Shown here piece by piece: positions 25,816-32,000 of a stretch of DNA of 32,000 nucleotides. The stretch's first letter is position 1; every line of letters starts with the position of its first letter. This stretch comes from Methanolobus psychrotolerans. Lineage in GTDB: Archaea > Halobacteriota > Methanosarcinia > Methanosarcinales > Methanosarcinaceae. Both the position numbers and the translations under genes were made by a program. The DNA is taken from assembly GCF_002243045.1 (NCBI RefSeq), contig NZ_MBKP01000045.1:10740-42739 (forward strand). The letters are read 5' to 3'. A model generated the notes under the pieces. It was not told the DNA's origin, did not search any database, and saw only the letters and a list, made by a program, of their open reading frames with translations.

Positions 25816-26262
25816 TTACGCACTGGTCATTTCCCCAACGAACTGTTCTACCTTCTCTTTAATAGAATCCCTCAGCATCCGGGCTTGTTCCAGTTTTTCC
25901 GCTTCACTACCTGTAAAGGATTCCGGGTCAGGGTAAGGCCAGTTCAACTGGACAAATGGTTTGGGAAATAGTGGACACTCTTCCTCATTTGCCCTGTCAC
26001 ACACCGTAATTACATATTTGAATAATCTCCCTTCTTTAAAAAGATCCCAGGATGATTGAGTTTTCTTTCCACTTAGATCAAAACCATCCTCCCCCATAAC
26101 TCTAAGAATTAAGGGATGCAGACTTGTAGGCTTATATCCGGCACTTTCAACTTCAAATCTATCTCCGCCAATCCTTTTCAAATATTCTTCAGCCATCTGA
26201 CTTCTTCCACTGTTATGTACACAAATAAACAGCACTTTTATTTTTCCACTACTAGATGTCAT
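25816..26262 (-). CDS. arsC: Arsenate reductase / LMW-PTP family paralog
   Basis: I chose ATG at 26262 (MTSSSGKIKVLFICVHNSGRSQMAEE). Downstream TVCD...EECP cysteines are present. Confidence 0.72.
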   Translation of the reverse strand: MTSSSGKIKVLFICVHNSGRSQMAEEYLKRIGGDRFEVESAGYKPTSLHPLILRVMGEDGFDLSGKKTQSSWDLFKEGRLFKYVITVCDRANEEECPLFPKPFVQLNWPYPDPESFTGSEAEKLEQARMLRDSIKEKVEQFVGEMTSA

Positions 26263-26408
26263 ATAGCCTATTTCCAGATGCAGCAAAGATAAAGTTAACC
26301 TATAGAGACTATATAATCTATTGTTTGTTCCAGCGGTACAAGTGTAGTCCAAAACAAGATGCATTCAGCTGGCCTCCGCACATCATCAGTATCAAGAGCA
26401 TACCGCAT

Positions 26409-26996
26409 CTAACGTGTGGATAGCCTGTCAAAGAAGATGTTCTTCCCCTTCACACTCAAAGGAATAGCCATTGCAACATCTGCATCGACCATGTCAAAGT
26501 AACATGCAGCAGCACCTGCCGAATATAGCACTCTGTTATCGATGCACATATCTTTTGCCTTCGCCACCGCAGAGCCAACAGCAATGCCAAGATCCATGTA
26601 TTTTATCATACAATGCGGACCAGTGAACTCAACTTTGATCTTTTTTTGCTCAACCATTTCCTTGCATGTCTTAAATCCACATGCTCCGCAGTTAAGTGAA
26701 CTCACGCCAGAAGACTTCAGACCGATGAGGATCAGTGAATCGGCATCCCTTATATTCTTTGCATCACGTATCAGGAATTTCATATCCTTGATATCACTGA
26801 GCTCTTCCATTTTATCAGCAAGTTGCATCCTGTCGGAATCATCCAGCAGGAAGGTCACAATGTCATCAACACCTTTGCCCTTCGGTGCAGTTCTTGCAGC
26901 TACAAGAATGGTCTTTGAAAGCGATTCCATTACTTCAAGTTCAGGATTCTGTTTCATAAAAGAGAAGACGTTCCAATGATATTTATTCATTGACAT
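26409..26996 (-). CDS. DUF2148-type ferredoxin-domain protein
   Basis: Motifs AARTAPKGKG and LNCGACGFKTC are typical of DUF2148. The start is ambiguous, with in-frame ATGs at 26996, 26990 and 26957. Confidence 0.7.
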   Translation of the reverse strand: MSMNKYHWNVFSFMKQNPELEVMESLSKTILVAARTAPKGKGVDDIVTFLLDDSDRMQLADKMEELSDIKDMKFLIRDAKNIRDADSLILIGLKSSGVSSLNCGACGFKTCKEMVEQKKIKVEFTGPHCMIKYMDLGIAVGSAVAKAKDMCIDNRVLYSAGAAACYFDMVDADVAMAIPLSVKGKNIFFDRLSTR

Positions 26997-26997
26997 G

Positions 26998-27024
26998 AAA
27001 AAAGCAGGAACAATTATTCCTGCT
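26998..27024 (-). terminator. Hairpin plus T-tract after the COG0523 gene
   Basis: The minus-strand RNA reads AGCAGGAA-UAAUUG-UUCCUGCU (8-bp stem) followed by UUUUUC, just upstream of the DUF2148 ATG. Confidence 0.4.
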
Positions 27025-27038
27025 GTAAAGCATGTAAA

Positions 27039-28091
27039 TCAGACATGCAGACATATCAAATTTGGTTCATCATGGACCTGGAAACTAATCTTCTCAAATG
27101 AAATACCTTCCTTTACCAGAATTTTCTGGATGCATTCATCAACGATCTCCACAAGTTCCTCCTTCCGGACTTTCGTTACCGCACTGAGGAACTTGAGATG
27201 CTCCTCACCATCTCCCTTCTCATCAAGTATCTCAACAACCGGTTCACCATCAGAAGATGTCAGGCTGCCCTTGACAAGACCTTCCATGAACTTGAAACTT
27301 ATCTTAACATGGCCTATGAACTCGGGATTTATCTGTTTCACCTTATCCCTTATATCCATTAAAATATGGACTAGCATTGTTGTGACAGTATCCGGGTGCA
27401 TAGCTTCCGACTTGATGGAATACTCTCCTGCATAGGCACCCACACCTGAAACCTCCATGGAGTTCAGGTCCTCGCGTTCCTGCCTTATTTCACTTTCACC
27501 AGTCAGCAAGTCCATGAATCTCTCAAATTTTTCATCTGAGTTCTTTGCTGAGAATTCCACAACTATCGCATCAGGATTTATTCCAAGGACCATCTGGGTT
27601 GAAGTTGCAATCGCTTCACTGTCCACAAGGTCTATCTTATTGATACAAACAATCTCAGATTCCTTAATCTGGTTCTCAATAAACTTCGGGATCTGTTTCC
27701 ATTCCATGCCAAATCTGCTGGCATCAACGATGGAAACCACCGGAGCAAATGAAACCTCACCCAGATCCATAAGTTCGATATGTTCCTTGATCTGAAGAGG
27801 GAAAGCGATTCCCGTTGGTTCAATAATAACCACATCCGGTTCATAATCCTCAATGATGGTCTGCAAAGTGAACTCCATACTGATCTTAAGGGAACAGCAA
27901 ATACAACCGCTTGTCAGCTCTTTTGTTACAAGTCCGCTGCTTGAGATGGTATCACCGTCTATACCGACCTCACCCACCTCATTGACAATTATGGCTATCT
28001 TGTGCCCTTTGTCAATCAAATGTTTACCAAGGTTCCTCAGAGTCGTTGTTTTTCCGCTTCCAAGAAAACCACCTATTATTATCACTTTCAT
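27039..28091 (-). CDS. G3E-family metallochaperone GTPase (COG0523/CobW-like)
   Basis: It has the P-loop GGFLGSGKTT, the COG0523 metal-binding motif GCICCS and a CobW_C-like C-terminal domain. Confidence 0.82.
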   Translation of the reverse strand: MKVIIIGGFLGSGKTTTLRNLGKHLIDKGHKIAIIVNEVGEVGIDGDTISSSGLVTKELTSGCICCSLKISMEFTLQTIIEDYEPDVVIIEPTGIAFPLQIKEHIELMDLGEVSFAPVVSIVDASRFGMEWKQIPKFIENQIKESEIVCINKIDLVDSEAIATSTQMVLGINPDAIVVEFSAKNSDEKFERFMDLLTGESEIRQEREDLNSMEVSGVGAYAGEYSIKSEAMHPDTVTTMLVHILMDIRDKVKQINPEFIGHVKISFKFMEGLVKGSLTSSDGEPVVEILDEKGDGEEHLKFLSAVTKVRKEELVEIVDECIQKILVKEGISFEKISFQVHDEPNLICLHV

Positions 28092-28232
28092 TTTTTCACC
28101 ATGGATTAGCAGATATGAGTATTATTGCCTGATCAAAGATACGATCCAGAGTAATGATCCAACCTTAATTTATACATCTATACTAAAAGGACTTACAAAT
28201 AAATAGCCATCGACATTCAGCCTACTGAATGA

Positions 28233-31200
28233 TTACTGATGCAAAGGAAGACGCATATGCATTGTTGTCCCTTTTCCCTCTTCACTTGTGACATGGATAT
28301 CACCCTTGTGATCCTCAATTATCTTTTTACAGATGTATAGACCAAGACCCGTACCCCCATATCGTCTCCTCACAGACGAATCAACCTGATAGAAGCGTTC
28401 GAAAAGTTTAGGGATCTTGTCTGCAGGAATACCGATGCCAGTATCCTGCACAGTCACATACATGGAATCCTCTGTGGCGTGTGCAGAAATAGTGACCTTT
28501 CCATCTTGCGGTGTGAATTTTATAGCATTGTCTATCAGATTGACAAAGACATCCATCATCTTATCACGGTCAGCAGTTACAGTGGGAAGATCTGTGGGAA
28601 TATCCCTCACAAGTTTGATACCCTTCCCATCTGCCTGAAGTGCAAGGTCCTGAATCGAATTATCAATAACATCTGCAAGATTTATGTTCTCAAATGAATA
28701 ATTCAGCTTTCCAGACTGTGCCCTGCTGAGATATAACAAGGAATCCACAAGTCGGCGTAGACGTTCTGAATTCCTTATAACGGTATCCTCCGCCTTTTTC
28801 TGCTGCTCGTTAACAGAACCCAGAGTCTCATCCGCTATCAACTGGCTGTATCCCTGTATCGAGGTAAGAGGTGTCTTAAACTCATGGCTTACATTGGAAA
28901 GGAAATCATCCTTCATCCTGTCAAGTGATTTCAATTCCTCGTTGGCCAAGGAAAGTTCGGCATTTGCCATTGATAGCTCGGCATTGACCCTGGATAGCTC
29001 ATCAGCATATTCCCGCAGCGTATCCTCAGCTTTTTTACGTTGTATAAGTCTCCACATGCCTTCCATGAACAATGTCAGTTGCCTTAGATCAGATTTATTA
29101 TACTCTTCTTCTTTATTTCCAACACCTGCCGCACCAACTATTTTCTTGCCATCAAATATTGGGATATTCATGTAGCGTTTCAAAGGAATATGACCTTCCG
29201 GATAACCATGCTTCATTGGATTGGGAGCATCAAAATCATTGATTATGATAGCTTTTTTCTGCCTAATGGATTCACCCCACAAGCCGGTGCTATCGAGAGG
29301 ATATTCAAGCTTCATTCCCTTTACCTTGCATTCCTTCATTATATTCTGTGACCAGGAATACACAGTAAGAACTGTACCTTCCTCATTTAGGAAAGCAAGA
29401 TAACCTATCTTACTCTGAGTAAGCCTGACAGCTTCTTCCTGCACAAAATCAGCAATCTCCTTAAGAGAAGTGTCAGTCAGCTGGTTGATCTTCAAAAGTG
29501 CTTCAAGTCTTGATTCATCAAGACGCAAAGCCTCTTCCGCTTTTTTACGTACCGATATATCCCCAAAAATACCAATACCACCAAGGAAAGTACCATCTTC
29601 TGCAACATTTGGACTGTAATCAGCCTTGAGGTAGACATCCTTTCCGCTGATAACCGTATGATATTTACCTTCAAAATGTCCTGTTTTCCTGGAAAGAACA
29701 TCTTCAATCGCCTGTTTCATCATCGTATCCTTTATCCTTCGGACCATGTTAAAACCGATGATGTCTTCTTTTTTCTCCAGGCCTATTATCTGCAGGAATT
29801 TCTCGTTGCAATGAGTAACAATGCCTTCAGCATTAAAATGGAATATTCCAAGGGGAGAATTCTCAAAGATAAGACGGTATTTCTTCTCAGCTTCAAAGAA
29901 GGCTTCTTCTGTCTTTTTGCGTTCCGAGATATCCTCAAATACCCCTATACCACAATGTAAAGTTCCATCAGCTGAGATATTAGGACTAAAATATGCCTTA
30001 ATGATGATTGTAACATCACTCAAAACTGTATGGTATTTACCTTCAAAATAACCCTGCTTTCCTGAGAGGACTTGATCTACCGCCTCTTTCATTCTTATGT
30101 CTACGATGGAATCTATAATGTTGAAGCCAATAACATCCTCTTTCCTTCTGAGATGCATTATTTCCAGGAACTTCTCATTGCAGTGAGTGATGATGCCTTT
30201 TTCATTGAAGTGGAAAAGGCCCAGGGGAGAGTTCTCAAAGATAAGGCGGTATTTCATCTCAGACTCAAGGGCGGCCTCTTCGGCCTTTTTCCTTTCGGTT
30301 ATGTCAATTATAATACCTTGATAATATGCAGGATTTCCTTTTTCATCCCTGATAAGATACGACCTCTCAGTGACCCATCTGACTTCACCTGATTTCGTTA
30401 TCAAACGGTACTCTTTTGAAAAGAACATCTTACCCTGAACTTCAAGCTGAGAAACATCTGTTCGGACATAATTCAGATCATCCGGATGAATGATGTCACC
30501 ATATTTTATTTCACCAGATATCAGATCATCAGCACTGTAACCGAACTGAGAAATATTCTCGGAAACAAAAACTACTGGCCAATCATCTTCAGAAATCCAG
30601 AGGAAAGCAACAACCGGACTTTTTCGGTAAATATCCTCCAGCTTTTGGATCGATTTGAACTTATCTTGCATGGTCTTATGGTCGATCTTTTGTTCCACAA
30701 GCTTACCAATGGTCCCGAGCATACCGCCATAATTGCCTTCATCATCTGTCAGAGGAAGCAGAAAACCGCTGTGATATATGAACTGGCCGTCGGGTTTGAT
30801 GAAAGGGAAAATATCATAACTTCTTGATTCAAGACTCTCCTTTACCATCTGAAAAACATCAATAAAAGCTAATTCGCCCTCGCCGGCGTGGTGAGGTATG
30901 AAACTGACAAGCTTTTTCCCGAACACGTCACCTTTTGACAGACCAGAAATGGATTCCATGCCTTTGTTAAAGTAAACGATATTGTCATGCTTATCCACAG
31001 CCCAGACGCCGGTCCATACATTCTCAAGCATATCATCGGGAAAATGGGTCTCTTTTTGAATGGTTTTACAGGAGGAGGAACTTTGGAGCAGTGTCCACCT
31101 GTCGTTCTGCTTAATGATAGTCCCATCGTGCATGCCGATAATCTCAAGTATCTCAGACCTTGTGCGAGCTTCTAGCAAAAAAGCGAACAACCCGACTATA

Positions 31201-31616
31201 CCCTTCATTTTGATGAGTTCTGTGGCTTTTTTTTCGTATTCAACGAACTGTTGCCAGGCATCTTCTCCGACAATGGTGAACTTATCGACGATCCTCAGAC
31301 CTGCATAACCTTCAGCTATTGCAATACTATGCATTTCTTCCCATTTTTTAAGGTCCATTTCAGAGACAGCATCCTCTCCGGCAATATAACACTCATTGCA
31401 GGATGCAAGCATAAGCTGCCCGCTTTCAAGATACGTATCTACATCCAGACCAGCTTCTTTTAGCAAGGTCTTCGCATCATTAGTATCAAGCTGTCCTGAA
31501 ACTCCCCAGATGCAACACTCGTTGTTCCTGAAACCCGCATCAAAGAAAGAGGCTACTATATCGACAAACTCTTCAGTGCTCTTGTAGAGCAGGGAAAAAT
31601 AACTCCCTTGTGTCAT
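28233..31616 (-). CDS. Multi-sensor histidine kinase: MEDS domain, several PAS domains, GAF, HisKA, HATPase_c
   Basis: 1127-aa ORF.
- N-terminus is MEDS-like (YFSLLYKSTEEFVDIVASFFDAGFRNNECCIWGV).
- Repeated PAS units each end in I..ITERKKAEE-type linkers.
- A GAF-like segment is present.
- The H-box is FLSNVSHEFKTPLTSI.
- The N and G boxes are NLIDNAIKFT and DTGIGI..GGTGLGL. Confidence 0.88.
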   Translation of the reverse strand: MTQGSYFSLLYKSTEEFVDIVASFFDAGFRNNECCIWGVSGQLDTNDAKTLLKEAGLDVDTYLESGQLMLASCNECYIAGEDAVSEMDLKKWEEMHSIAIAEGYAGLRIVDKFTIVGEDAWQQFVEYEKKATELIKMKGIVGLFAFLLEARTRSEILEIIGMHDGTIIKQNDRWTLLQSSSSCKTIQKETHFPDDMLENVWTGVWAVDKHDNIVYFNKGMESISGLSKGDVFGKKLVSFIPHHAGEGELAFIDVFQMVKESLESRSYDIFPFIKPDGQFIYHSGFLLPLTDDEGNYGGMLGTIGKLVEQKIDHKTMQDKFKSIQKLEDIYRKSPVVAFLWISEDDWPVVFVSENISQFGYSADDLISGEIKYGDIIHPDDLNYVRTDVSQLEVQGKMFFSKEYRLITKSGEVRWVTERSYLIRDEKGNPAYYQGIIIDITERKKAEEAALESEMKYRLIFENSPLGLFHFNEKGIITHCNEKFLEIMHLRRKEDVIGFNIIDSIVDIRMKEAVDQVLSGKQGYFEGKYHTVLSDVTIIIKAYFSPNISADGTLHCGIGVFEDISERKKTEEAFFEAEKKYRLIFENSPLGIFHFNAEGIVTHCNEKFLQIIGLEKKEDIIGFNMVRRIKDTMMKQAIEDVLSRKTGHFEGKYHTVISGKDVYLKADYSPNVAEDGTFLGGIGIFGDISVRKKAEEALRLDESRLEALLKINQLTDTSLKEIADFVQEEAVRLTQSKIGYLAFLNEEGTVLTVYSWSQNIMKECKVKGMKLEYPLDSTGLWGESIRQKKAIIINDFDAPNPMKHGYPEGHIPLKRYMNIPIFDGKKIVGAAGVGNKEEEYNKSDLRQLTLFMEGMWRLIQRKKAEDTLREYADELSRVNAELSMANAELSLANEELKSLDRMKDDFLSNVSHEFKTPLTSIQGYSQLIADETLGSVNEQQKKAEDTVIRNSERLRRLVDSLLYLSRAQSGKLNYSFENINLADVIDNSIQDLALQADGKGIKLVRDIPTDLPTVTADRDKMMDVFVNLIDNAIKFTPQDGKVTISAHATEDSMYVTVQDTGIGIPADKIPKLFERFYQVDSSVRRRYGGTGLGLYICKKIIEDHKGDIHVTSEEGKGTTMHMRLPLHQ

Positions 31617-31716
31617 GTCCCCTATAAAATCAATGTCCGATTTGATTGTCTGGATGCTGATATTATAACCCCGTATATGTGATAATTACGAGCGAGTAAC
31701 AATCCTACTAACGATC

Positions 31717-31848
31717 CTACTCAATAGATACTCAATAGATACTCAATAGATACTCAATAGATACTCAATAGATACTCAATAGATACTCAATAGATACTCA
31801 ATAGATACTCAATAGATACTCAATAGATACTCAATAGATACTTAATAA
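31717..31848. repeat. Tandem repeat of an 11-bp unit ATACTCAATAG: 10 perfect copies plus one degenerate copy at each end
   Basis: 31728-31837 is 10 exact consecutive units. 31717-31727 (CTACTCAATAG) and 31838-31848 (ATACTTAATAA) are imperfect. The array is non-coding and lies ~100 bp upstream of the kinase ATG. Confidence 0.95.
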
Positions 31849-31893
31849 TAAGAGTATTAAACTCTTATACTTAATTAATTACTTTGATAGCGG

Positions 31894-32000
31894 CTAACCC
31901 GTATAGTATATCCGGTATATTTTTCCAGAATTGTCATCGCTTACAAAAAGTGAGCCATCATCCGCAACAATCACATCAACTGGCCTGCCGCTGATCGTCG
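31894..32000 (-). CDS. Partial CDS (C-terminal 34 codons plus stop), possibly a beta-propeller sugar-dehydrogenase-like protein
   Basis: The minus frame is open from the right edge to TAG at 31894-31896: TISGRPVDVIVADDGSLFVSDDNSGKIYRIYYTG*. This resembles the C-terminal blade of PQQ-dependent glucose/sorbosone dehydrogenase or NHL-type propellers. It is not in the supplied track. Confidence 0.4.
   Translation of the reverse strand, partial: TISGRPVDVIVADDGSLFVSDDNSGKIYRIYYTG

Noticed and set aside
31717-31848. The tandem repeat as a CRISPR array
   Set aside because: The units are 11 bp and directly abutting, with no spacers. There are no cas genes in the window.
1-32000. Additional VR copies, tRNA or rRNA genes, and transposase or integrase genes
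   Set aside because: By eye, the conserved TR core (ccagctaccgcc) occurs only in the TR and the single VR. I saw no tRNA-like T-arm/acceptor patterns, rRNA or recognisable transposase/integrase ORFs. This was a visual scan only, so a genome-wide computational search is still needed, especially for remote VRs outside this window.

Overview
This window looks like a chromosomal segment of a Methanosarcinales-like methanogen. That assignment is an inference from gene content only: a class I CCA-adding enzyme, two ADP-dependent sugar kinases, iorAB, proAB and a MEDS/PAS histidine kinase. No searches were possible. Most of the window is core housekeeping, largely on the minus strand: truD, iorB-iorA, proA-proB, cca, ogg, two tandem ADP-dependent kinases, argJ-CBS-argC, an ars-like cluster (two arsC, DUF2148, COG0523 GTPase, a decayed acr3 remnant) and a 1127-aa sensor kinase.

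The main finding is a complete, apparently active diversity-generating retroelement (DGR) at about 7.3-11.8 kb on the minus strand, between iorA and proA. Its gene order is target gene with C-terminal variable repeat (VR 9626-9753), HRDC accessory gene, Avd, reverse transcriptase, then template repeat (TR 7487-7614). TR and VR are 128 bp each and differ at 17 positions. All 17 are TR adenines on the coding strand. The target is a 737-aa membrane protein with an outward-facing FGE-sulfatase/C-type-lectin-fold domain and a roughly 430-aa cytoplasmic part.

Secondary observations:
- A diverged duplication of the iorA 5' end and promoter lies next to the DGR.
- A GC-rich structured island lies downstream of the VR.
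- At the left edge is an operon of at least four genes, with two paralogous unknown proteins and a coiled-coil protein carrying two PASTA-like domains but no export signal.
- An 11-bp tandem repeat of about 12 copies lies upstream of the sensor kinase.
- A palindromic element with two alternative perfect stems sits in the DGR/proA divergent intergenic region.
- An AT-rich, gene-eroded stretch runs from 22.8 to 24.4 kb.

I recognised no tRNA, rRNA or CRISPR array.
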